From NCBI RefSeq assembly GCF_046297595.1, contig NZ_JBKBHT010000005.1:145179-177178 (forward strand): a stretch of 32,000 bases of DNA. Direction: 5' to 3'. Shown piece after piece: positions 7,530-15,496 of this stretch; the first letter of the stretch is position 1, and each line of letters starts with the position of its first letter. Below the pieces are notes generated by a model. It was given only the letters and a program-made list of their open reading frames with translations, was not told where the DNA came from and did not search any database. The position numbers were made by a program, and so were the translations under genes. Origin of the DNA: Ferrovibrio sp. (lineage in GTDB: Bacteria; Pseudomonadota; Alphaproteobacteria; Ferrovibrionales; Ferrovibrionaceae).

Positions 7530-8501
7530 TCAGGAGGCCGAGGTGGACAGAGGAAGCAGCTTGCGCGGCACGAGCCACAGAAAGCCGACCATTCCGAACA
7601 GCTCCACGAGCGACTGAAACACGATGACAATTACCGCCAGCTCCCAGGCCGCGGGTAGGGCGAGCGCGAAAGGCAGCACGACGAAGGAATTGCGCGTCGC
7701 CACACTGAAGACCAGCGTGCGCGCCTGCGGCACCGGCAGTGAGAATAGACGCGCCACGAAGATACCGATCGCCGCGGCGCCGACGAGAAACAGCAGGAAG
7801 GCGAGGAGCACCTGCCCGAGAACCGGCAGCGAACCGGCAACCGCCTCCACCTGTGATCCGGCAATCAGGAAGACTACCAGGGCCAGCAGCGGAACGGGGA
7901 ACCAAGCGAGCCGCTCGACGACGGCGCTCCGCGCTCCGTTCCGTTCCGACCAGACCTCGGTCAGGAAGGCCAGGGCAAGCGGCAGCAGGATCAGCACGAC
8001 GAATACCGCCGCGATGCGATCGGCTGAAAGAATCTCGGCAAAGCTCTCCCCCATGAAAATCCAGAGATAGAGCGGCAGCAGCGCGATCTGTAGCAGCAGA
8101 TTGACTGGCGTCACCGCGATCGCTCGCCGCGTGTCGCCCCGCGCCAAGTGTGTGAAGGTAATGAACCAGTCGGTACAGGGCACGAGAAGGACGAGCAGCA
8201 CACCGAGTCTCACCGCCGGCTGATCGGGCACGACTAGCAGCAGCGCCCAGACAAGCAACGGGACGAGGATGAAGTTGGAAAGCAGGATTGCCGCCATGAA
8301 TCGGCCATCGCGGAAGGCCTCGGGCAGATGATTCAGCGGGACCTGCGTGAACGTAACGTAGAGAAGCGCGGCCAGGCTCGGCCACAACAGCACTTCCAGG
8401 ACACCGCCCAAATCCGGTGCTGCCATTCCAAAAATCAGGCCAATCGTGATTGCCACGAGATAGATCCATGCCTGAAGTCTTTCGATCGTCTCGCGCGTCA
8501 T
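7530..8501 (-). CDS. ACR3 / bile-acid:Na+ symporter superfamily permease (arsenic-resistance-protein-like)
   Basis: 323 aa, about 10 TM. LVLLVPCTDWFITFT resembles the ACR3 Cys-containing helix. Exact substrate not inferable. Confidence 0.6.
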   Translation of the reverse strand: MTRETIERLQAWIYLVAITIGLIFGMAAPDLGGVLEVLLWPSLAALLYVTFTQVPLNHLPEAFRDGRFMAAILLSNFILVPLLVWALLLVVPDQPAVRLGVLLVLLVPCTDWFITFTHLARGDTRRAIAVTPVNLLLQIALLPLYLWIFMGESFAEILSADRIAAVFVVLILLPLALAFLTEVWSERNGARSAVVERLAWFPVPLLALVVFLIAGSQVEAVAGSLPVLGQVLLAFLLFLVGAAAIGIFVARLFSLPVPQARTLVFSVATRNSFVVLPFALALPAAWELAVIVIVFQSLVELFGMVGFLWLVPRKLLPLSTSAS

Positions 8502-8901
8502 ATCGATGGCCGGTCTCCTTTTGCGTTCACGCTTGTAACATGACTAGACGCATGTCCGACTGATCTTGGCGGATGCGGATGCGGCCCGAAAGCTTGAGGT
8601 ACGGGAGGTCCGCCAGATTGTGTCGCCAAGCCCGCCGAACAGCTTGGGGGCGCTGGACACCAAGTTCCGTGAAGCGGTCAAGCACGTCGGCCGACAAATA
8701 TGTCCATTTCGTATGGAATCTTTGCAAACGCGTCTCAATAGCAATTTTATGTAGGGCTGATTACAGTCCTACCAGCAGTTCTGCCGATCCGAGTCGGTTG
8801 CGCTCCCGGACAGTCAAAATTCCGGCGCGCAATTCCCATATTGGTTGAGGCGGTTGCCGCTCGGCCGGGCACATAAATTTCGGGAGTGCCATGACAGGAG
8901 G

Positions 8902-9850
8902 TTGCCGGAATCACTGGAGGAGTTCCGATCGCTGGAAGCGCATATCGAACTGAGACACCTGCGCTATGTGGTCGCAGCTGCACACTATGGCAGTTTTCGG
9001 CGGGCGGCTGAGGCGCTTGGGGGCAAGCAATCGACCCTGAGCCGCTGCATTTCGCAATTGGAAGAGCGTCTGGGCGTCGTGTTGTTCGAACGAACCAGCG
9101 GTGGCGTTCGGCCGACTACGGCTGGCGTCGAGATATTGCGGACATCCCGGCATCTCGTCGAAACGGTCGATCATATGGCCGCGACCGCCAAGGACATAGG
9201 CAGAGGCGAGGCCGGCCGCCTCACGGTCGGGTTCTACACCTCGCTGTCGGCCGGGAACCTGCGGGCCAGCCTGATCGAGTATGCATCGCGGTTCCCCAAG
9301 GTCGAAATCCAGACATATGAAGGCGCACGCGCATGCCTGTTCGCCGGCGTCGACGCTGGCCGGCTTGATGTCGCCATCGTGACGGGCGATCCGATCTCTC
9401 GCGGGGGGGAAGGTCATGGGGCTCTGGAGCGAGCGCATCATGGTCGCGCTGCCCGAAGGTCATCGATTGGCCGGCAACAACATCGTCTATTGGACCGATC
9501 TGAAGGACGAGACCTTCCTTTTCAGCCAGCGCGATCCCGGGCCGGAGATCCAGGATATCTTGCTGGCGAAGCTCGCCGCGCCGGGCGAACGGCCCAAGGT
9601 CATCAGTCACGATGTCAGCCGCGAGAACATCAAGAGCCTCGTGGGAGCAGGCTTCGGCGTCAGCCTGATGTGCGAAGCCTGCATCGGGGCTTCTTATACA
9701 GGCGTCGTCTGCCGCGAGGCGCGGGACGGCAATGGTCCGAGCCGGATCAACTACGCAGCCTATTGGCAGGGTGATAACGACAATCCGGCACTGGCGGGTT
9801 TCATCAACCTGCTGCAAGAGCGCTATCCCTCCTTGCCCGCGGGCGACTGA
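8902..9850 (+). pseudogene. LysR-family transcriptional regulator interrupted by a +1 frameshift in a G7 run
   Basis: HTH part ELRHLRYVVAAAHYGSFRRAAEALGGKQSTLSRCISQLEERLGVVLFER is in one frame. The co-inducer domain (K)VMGLWSERIMVALPEGHRLA... continues in the +1 frame from about 9410. Removing one G restores ...DPISRGGKVMGLW.... Start unresolved: TTG 8902, CTG 8914 or CTG 8932, with no in-frame ATG. Confidence 0.8.
9403..9409 (+). repeat. G7 homopolymer at the lysR frame break
   Basis: gc-ggggggg-a. G6 would give an intact reading frame. Confidence 0.9.
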
Positions 9851-10065
9851 CGCGGTCGCCGGGCCTTCGCGAAGCCGCGATCGGTGGCCATGAAGCGCTC
9901 CACCATGGGGACGATCAGTTTGGCCGGGTCGCTTACTGGATGGCCGGTCTCGCGGGCCAGGATTTCCGCGTAAGCGACCAGATCGCGATGAACGGTCGCC
10001 GGAAATTCGATCACGAGCTTGACCGGCTTGTCGTCGGCAACGGCCCCGAGCTTCAGCTTCGCCAT
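9823..10065 (-). CDS. DUF2274 domain protein (conserved last gene of trb operons)
   Basis: 80 aa. MAKLKLGAVADDKPVKL..EFPA.VHRDLVAYAEILARETG...DPAKLI.PM.ERFMATDRGFAKARR is the DUF2274 pattern. Starts 1 nt after the trbI stop. Confidence 0.85.
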   Translation of the reverse strand: MAKLKLGAVADDKPVKLVIEFPATVHRDLVAYAEILARETGHPVSDPAKLIVPMVERFMATDRGFAKARRPRQSPAGKEG

Positions 10066-10066
10066 G

Positions 10067-11287
10067 TCAGCCTCCGTAGGGTTCGAGTACGAGGTCGCGG
10101 GTAACGATGACGCGAACGGGGAACCCCGGGCGGATCGTCAAGGTCGGGGCGATGTTCAACTGGCGGCGAACGATCTGTTGACCGGCATCGTTGATGGTGT
10201 CCTGCCCGCCGTTGCGGATCGCCTGGATCAGGCGGTCGTCGTCGTTGGTGGCGAGCTCTGCCCCAATGCTCAGCAGCGTGGACAAGCCCGCAGCCTTGGC
10301 GAGATCCCACCAGTGATAGTCGACGCCATCCTGGAGGCCGGCATAACCTTCGACATCAGCGCCAGGTTGACGCTCGAGCACGATCGAGCGGCCGTTCGGG
10401 AAGATCAGCCGGTTCCAGACCAGCAGCACGCGGCTTTGTCCGAACTGAACATTGTTGTCGTACTGGCCGATGATGCGCGTGCCTTGGGGTACAAGAAGGA
10501 TGCGGCCCGTCGGGCTGTCATAGATGTTCTCCGTCACTTGCGCGGTGATCTGGCCCGGAAGATCGGACCGGATGCCGGTGATGAGCGCGGCCGAAATCAC
10601 GGCACCCGCCTGAAGGATGTTCGGCGACGCCGGAGCCACGATGCGATCCGGCGAGACGGTGCGGCGATCGGCGGCGGCGTTGAGGAAGGCGAGTTGCCGA
10701 TCCTGGGCCGACGACGTCGCTGGCTGGGGAGCAAGCCCGAGGCTGGCGAGGTCAGGTATTGGTGGCGGAACAGCCGTCGCAGTGCCAGAGGCTGATGATG
10801 GCGTCGGCCGGTTCTCCGTGCCGGCGAAGAGCTTGGCGGTGCGGGCGCTCTCAATTTCCTGCAGGCGGCGTTGCTCCTCGGCGCTGAGACCAGGATTGGG
10901 TGATGCTACGCCGGGGTTGGGCACGGGCTGGCCGCGATTCTGCGCGCCGAGGATGGGACGACCGAGGTCGCCGGGTAGCGGCGGGCCAAGCTGAGGCACA
11001 CCGCTGTAGTCGCGGGGCAAGCCCGCCAAGCCGTCGGCGGTCGATCGGTTTTCGGTCGAATAGAGTTCTTCGGCGGACTTGCCGCCGTCGCGCGTCTGAA
11101 GGGCGTAGATCAGCGCTCCGCCCAGGCCCACGCTCGCCACGAGACCAATGCCGGCAAGCACCTTGCGCGACAGCCGCGTAACGCGCGGAGCCTCCGCACG
11201 AAGCCGCATCGGGGCGACCGCATCGGCGGTCGACCCGGTCAGCGGTGCATCATCCTCATCCTCTTTCCGGGCTTCAGGCTCGCTCAC
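10067..11287 (-). CDS. trbI: conjugal transfer protein TrbI (VirB10 family)
   Basis: 406 aa. N-terminal TM, Pro-rich linker, conserved C-terminal barrel region ...LQAGAVISAALITGIRSDLPGQITAQV...VLLVWNRLIFPNG.... GTG start overlaps the trbG stop (GTGA). Confidence 0.92.
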   Translation of the reverse strand: MSEPEARKEDEDDAPLTGSTADAVAPMRLRAEAPRVTRLSRKVLAGIGLVASVGLGGALIYALQTRDGGKSAEELYSTENRSTADGLAGLPRDYSGVPQLGPPLPGDLGRPILGAQNRGQPVPNPGVASPNPGLSAEEQRRLQEIESARTAKLFAGTENRPTPSSASGTATAVPPPIPDLASLGLAPQPATSSAQDRQLAFLNAAADRRTVSPDRIVAPASPNILQAGAVISAALITGIRSDLPGQITAQVTENIYDSPTGRILLVPQGTRIIGQYDNNVQFGQSRVLLVWNRLIFPNGRSIVLERQPGADVEGYAGLQDGVDYHWWDLAKAAGLSTLLSIGAELATNDDDRLIQAIRNGGQDTINDAGQQIVRRQLNIAPTLTIRPGFPVRVIVTRDLVLEPYGG

Positions 11288-12309
11288 GACGCCGGCCTCC
11301 CATCGGTGCGGGTGATCCGAACGCGCTTCTGGTGGTCACCGGCGCCGAAGCGCAGCTCGGCGGCCGCGAACAAGCGATCGACGATCATGTAGTTGCCGCG
11401 GACGCGGTAATTCACGAGTTCGGAGGTGTTGCCCTCGGGGCCGACCACGAAGATCGGCGGCATCTCGCCCTGGCCGATGCCGCGCGGAAACTCGATGAAG
11501 ACCTGCCGTCCGTCGTCATAGGCCCGCAGCGGCCGCCAGGGCGCACGATCGCCCTCGATGGCATAGCGGAAGTTGATGTTGGCGAGGTCGACGCCGGTGG
11601 CGATGGGACGCGCTGCCTCGGCCTGCGCGTTCTGGCGGCGCAGGGCGATGAGCTGATCCTGCGGGTACTGCCACGAGACCGACGCCATATAGGTGCGCTC
11701 CGTCGAGCGCAGTTCCAGGTGATAAGTCCGCAGATTGGTGTTGATGACCAGGTTGGTCATCAGGTCGGCGCGGGTCGGCTTCACCAAGATGTGGACTTGC
11801 AGGGTCGCGCCCGAACCGCTCTGCGTGTCGCCGATGATCCAGCGGACCGTGTCGCCAGCGGCCACCGGCCCGGAACCCACGAGCTGCTCGCCGGGCTGCA
11901 GGGCGATATCGGTGATCTGACCAACGGCGGTATAGACCTGATAGAGCGCTCCGCCAGTGTACGGATAGACTTGCATCGCATTGATGAAGCCGTCTCGGAC
12001 TGGCTGCACGCGCGCAGCCGCATTGGCTTGATTGACGCGGGCCGTCGGATCGGTCGGCTCTGGGGTTCGGCGCGATTCTTCAACGGGCTTCATCTGTCCT
12101 GGCAGCGGTAGCGGACGTGGAAGCTCCACGACCTGCACTGGCCCCGCCGGATCGGCCGTCTGCACGGCGGGCGCTGCGTCGTCATAGGATATCTCGGGCG
12201 GCTTCTGCGTCGTGGCGCAGCCGGCGAGCGCAGTTGCTGAAAGCAGCAGAGCCGCGAGTGTGGAAGTGTGAGAAGCCGGGCTTCCGGCTTTACGGAAAGA
12301 CGGCTTCAT
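11284..12309 (-). CDS. trbG: conjugal transfer protein TrbG (VirB9 family), lipoprotein
   Basis: ATG 12309 overlaps the trbF stop (ATGA). Lipobox LSATALAGC. CagX/VirB9 core ...NFRYAIEGD.APWRPLRAYDDGRQVFIEFP.... Confidence 0.92.
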   Translation of the reverse strand: MKPSFRKAGSPASHTSTLAALLLSATALAGCATTQKPPEISYDDAAPAVQTADPAGPVQVVELPRPLPLPGQMKPVEESRRTPEPTDPTARVNQANAAARVQPVRDGFINAMQVYPYTGGALYQVYTAVGQITDIALQPGEQLVGSGPVAAGDTVRWIIGDTQSGSGATLQVHILVKPTRADLMTNLVINTNLRTYHLELRSTERTYMASVSWQYPQDQLIALRRQNAQAEAARPIATGVDLANINFRYAIEGDRAPWRPLRAYDDGRQVFIEFPRGIGQGEMPPIFVVGPEGNTSELVNYRVRGNYMIVDRLFAAAELRFGAGDHQKRVRITRTDGRPAS

Positions 12310-12989
12310 TGCCCAAGCTCCCGTGACCAATTGATGGCGTTGACGTAGATGCCGAGCGGGTTCGCTCGCAGCCGGTCGGCGTTGCGAGGCACCTGCACGA
12401 CGATGGTGAGGATGGCGGTCCAGCGGGTCGTCTCGGCGAGCTGGCCGTTCTCGTAGCGCCGCTCGGTCCAAGCGACGCGGAAGCTATCCGGCGACGCGCG
12501 GATCACGCTCGAAACGTCGACGGCGACCTGCTGCCGGCCGACCTTGGTGAAAGGGTCGTTCGAGCGCGCATAGTCGTTCAGCGCCATCGCGCCGCGATCA
12601 GTCGTGAAGTCGTAGGCGCGCAGCCAGTTCTGGCGGACGATGATGGCATCGGACGGGATCGAGCGGACCTGCTCGATGAAACGTGCGAGGTGGAAGGCGA
12701 TTTGCGGGTCGGTCGGGCGATAGTCGGCGACCGCTGGCGCCACCGCCTGCGCCTGACCGAGCCGGTCGACCTGCACCACCCAGGGTACGACCGTGCCACG
12801 CGCTGATTGCCAGACGAGCGCAGCAGCGAATCCAGCCGAGAGGATCAGCGATCCGAAGGCCATGAGGCGCCAGTTCTTGGCCTGGACGCGAGCGCCGCCG
12901 ATACGATCGTCCCAGACCTGGGCGGCCCGCTGGTAAGGCGTCTCTGGTTCGGGGGACTTGCCGTAGTGAGTGGAGGGTCGTTTGAACAT
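12306..12989 (-). CDS. trbF: conjugal transfer protein TrbF (VirB8 family)
   Basis: 227 aa. Single N-terminal TM (WRLMAFGSLILSAGFAAALVW) followed by a VirB8-like periplasmic domain. Position between trbL and trbG. Confidence 0.9.
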   Translation of the reverse strand: MFKRPSTHYGKSPEPETPYQRAAQVWDDRIGGARVQAKNWRLMAFGSLILSAGFAAALVWQSARGTVVPWVVQVDRLGQAQAVAPAVADYRPTDPQIAFHLARFIEQVRSIPSDAIIVRQNWLRAYDFTTDRGAMALNDYARSNDPFTKVGRQQVAVDVSSVIRASPDSFRVAWTERRYENGQLAETTRWTAILTIVVQVPRNADRLRANPLGIYVNAINWSRELGQ

Positions 12990-14335
12990 CAGCGGTCGCT
13001 TTCGGAAAGGTTGATGGAGGAGCCGCCGCCGTGGCTGTCGCCGCTGCGAATGGCATGGGCGGCCGCTGTCACGCCATGGCTCAGCGTTTGGGAGCGCTTC
13101 ATGCGGCGAGCCCAGGCCGGTGGTCCGTCAGCCGGTGCGGCCGCCTCGGGCGTGCCTCCGCCGATCGTGCCCATGGTCGAAGTGCCACCGGTGGCTTCGA
13201 AGGCGGATTTCCCGCCCTCCGAGAAGCTCGACCGCATGCTGTCGGCGGTGCGTGAGGCCGCCCGGCGGAGGGGCGAAGCCGCCGCGCCACCGGCTGCGCG
13301 GGCGACGCCGCCAAGGCCGGAAGCGACGCTTGCCGCGCCCGATTGGCCCGCGGCCCCGAGGCTGTAGGCAGTGGCTGCGCCACCTGCCATAGCGGCGCCA
13401 CCGCGTGCGGCGGCGGCCGCTCCGCCGGCCATAGCGCCGACGCCGCCGGCTGCTGCGCCGAGAGAGGCTCCTCCGGCTGCGACCATTCCGCCGGCGGCAA
13501 GGCCAGTGCCGACCGCCGCGCCGGCCCCGAGCTGAGGCCCGCCCGAGACGAGGCCGTTGGCGATGCCGGGACCGAAGATTCCGAGGCCGAGCAGTGACAG
13601 CGCGGCGAGCACGATCGCCATGGCGTCGTCAATGGTCGGATTGGCTCCACCGAAGCCTGCAGTGAATTCGGAGAACAGCGTCGAGCCGATGCCGATGATA
13701 ACGGCCAGCACCAGGACCTTGATGCCGGAGGAGATGATGTTGCCGAGGACGCGCTCGGCCATGAAGGCCGATTTGCCGAAAAGGCCGAAGGGAATGAGCA
13801 CGAAACCGGCGAGCGTCGTCAGCTTGAACTCGATCAAGGTGACGAAGAGCTGGACGGCGAGGATGAAGAAGGCCAGCAGCACCAGCGCCCAGGCGAGGAA
13901 CATGCAGGCGATCTGGATGAAATTCTCGAAGAACGACCAGTAGCCCATCAGGCTGGAAATCGAATCGAGCAGCGGCCGTCCGGCATCGAGGCCGGTCTGC
14001 GCGACCTTGCCGGGGCGAAGTAGATCCGCTGTCGTAAAGCCGGTGCCGGAGGCCTTCAGGCCAAGACCGGCGAAGCTCTCGAAAACGATGCGGGCGAGAT
14101 TGTTCCAGTTGCCGATGATGTAGGCGAAGACGCCGACGAACAGCGTCTTCTTGACCAGGCGCGCGATGATGTCGTCGTCAGCGCCCCAGCTCCAGAACAG
14201 GGCGGCCAGCGTCACGTCGATGACGATCAGAGTGGTCGCGATGAATGCGACCTCGCCGCCAAGCAGACCGAACCCGGAATCGATGTAACGGGTGAAGACC
14301 TCGAGGAAATGGTCGATGACGCCGGTGCCGCCCAT
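12989..14335 (-). CDS. trbL: conjugal transfer protein TrbL (VirB6 family) with long Gly/Ala-rich C-terminal tail
   Basis: ATG 14335 (MGGTGVIDHFLEVFTRYIDSGFGLLGG...). Polytopic core, then a low-complexity tail of roughly 170 aa. The upstream part of the 517-aa track ORF is a non-coding extension. Confidence 0.9.
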   Translation of the reverse strand: MGGTGVIDHFLEVFTRYIDSGFGLLGGEVAFIATTLIVIDVTLAALFWSWGADDDIIARLVKKTLFVGVFAYIIGNWNNLARIVFESFAGLGLKASGTGFTTADLLRPGKVAQTGLDAGRPLLDSISSLMGYWSFFENFIQIACMFLAWALVLLAFFILAVQLFVTLIEFKLTTLAGFVLIPFGLFGKSAFMAERVLGNIISSGIKVLVLAVIIGIGSTLFSEFTAGFGGANPTIDDAMAIVLAALSLLGLGIFGPGIANGLVSGGPQLGAGAAVGTGLAAGGMVAAGGASLGAAAGGVGAMAGGAAAAARGGAAMAGGAATAYSLGAAGQSGAASVASGLGGVARAAGGAAASPLRRAASRTADSMRSSFSEGGKSAFEATGGTSTMGTIGGGTPEAAAPADGPPAWARRMKRSQTLSHGVTAAAHAIRSGDSHGGGSSINLSESDR

Positions 14336-14339
14336 GATG

Positions 14340-14723
14340 CTATCGGGCCTCGTCTTGCTGCGGCGTTGTTTCCCGGGGGGTAGGATTGTCCAGCGTCGTG
14401 TTTCGCAGGTCAGCGCCAAACTGGGGCTGCGGGGCCGTCGCCGCGTCGGGCAAGCGGTCCTTGGGTCGCGCGCCCGGTGCGAGAAACCGCTCGCGGTTTT
14501 CCGCCCAGGCGCGCAGGCACGCGGCGTCACGGGGGCCGGCATCGCCGAGGCGCTGGCAACGGATCAGCTCGGTGCGGAGCGGATCGGCCTGCGAATTCTC
14601 GACGCGCCCTGCGGACCAGCCGGCCGGCTCGTCCTCCTTTCGGGTCAGCTCGATGGCGGTCGCGGTGACCGCGACCGCGACGAACACAACGGCGCCGAGG
14701 CGAGCCAGCATCTTTCCGTCCAT
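14340..14723 (-). CDS. putative entry-exclusion protein, TrbK-alt type
   Basis: 127 aa, one N-terminal TM (LARLGAVVFVAVAVTATAI). Sits between trbJ and trbL, where TrbK-alt genes are found in this element family. Confidence 0.65.
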   Translation of the reverse strand: MDGKMLARLGAVVFVAVAVTATAIELTRKEDEPAGWSAGRVENSQADPLRTELIRCQRLGDAGPRDAACLRAWAENRERFLAPGARPKDRLPDAATAPQPQFGADLRNTTLDNPTPRETTPQQDEAR

Positions 14724-14734
14724 GACTCCGCCCC

Positions 14735-15496
14735 TCAGTTGCCGCCGTAGAACATCTTGGCGTTGCCTGGCTGGTAGCCGGTGCCCGGAGTCAGGAAGCG
14801 CCGGCGCTGCTCGCGGCCCTGCTCGGCGGCCGTGGCCTGTTCGGCCGACTGGAGCGCCTGCGCCCGGCCGTTGGCGGCGACGACGGCGGTGAGGTCGGCG
14901 AGCTGCTGGGCCTGCAGGGCGAGGAGCTGGTTGCCGGCCTGGGTCGCCTGCAATGCGCCGGTCGCGCCTTGGCTCTGACCGACCAGCGCCGACATCTCGG
15001 CGCGGTTGGTGTCGATGTTGCCGACGACGCCGGCCTGCACCCGCATGGCGTCCTGCAATCCGCCGACGGTGTTCTGCCAGCGCTCGCGCGCCTGCGCCAC
15101 GAGTTGCTGGTCAGACGCCGACATCGACGCATTGCCGTAGGTGGATGTGAAGGCCCGGTCGATCTGTTGGACGTCGTAGGCGATGCGCTGGGCCTGCTGT
15201 AGGAGCTGCTGCGTTCGCTGCACGGACTGCTGCAGGTGCTGAAGCGAGGAGTACGGCAGGCTCGCGAGGTTACGCGCCTGGTTGATCAACATCGTCGCTT
15301 CGTTCTGAAGCGATGTGATCTGATTGTTGATTTGCTCCAGCGCGCGAGCTGCGGAGAGAACATTCTGCACGTAGTTCGTCGGGTCGTAGACGATCCATTG
15401 CGCGGATGCGGGCGAGACCATCACGGGCGATAGCGCCACGGGAATTGAAAGGATGGACGCGGCGAGAAACGCCGCGCGTGAGCGACGGAAGATCAT
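14735..15496 (-). CDS. trbJ: conjugal transfer protein TrbJ (VirB5 family)
   Basis: ATG 15496 overlaps the trbE stop (ATGA). Signal peptide ending ASAQW. Motif VYDPTNYVQNVL followed by Gln-rich coiled-coil. Confidence 0.9.
   Translation of the reverse strand: MIFRRSRAAFLAASILSIPVALSPVMVSPASAQWIVYDPTNYVQNVLSAARALEQINNQITSLQNEATMLINQARNLASLPYSSLQHLQQSVQRTQQLLQQAQRIAYDVQQIDRAFTSTYGNASMSASDQQLVAQARERWQNTVGGLQDAMRVQAGVVGNIDTNRAEMSALVGQSQGATGALQATQAGNQLLALQAQQLADLTAVVAANGRAQALQSAEQATAAEQGREQRRRFLTPGTGYQPGNAKMFYGGN

Noticed and set aside
7471-8469. Upstream 333 codons of the 456-aa track ORF 7099-8469
   Set aside because: Only the last 123 codons (from ATG 7470) look like a ModE-type HTH protein. 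The remainder overlaps the well-supported permease gene 7530-8501 in another frame and is Arg/Ala-rich.
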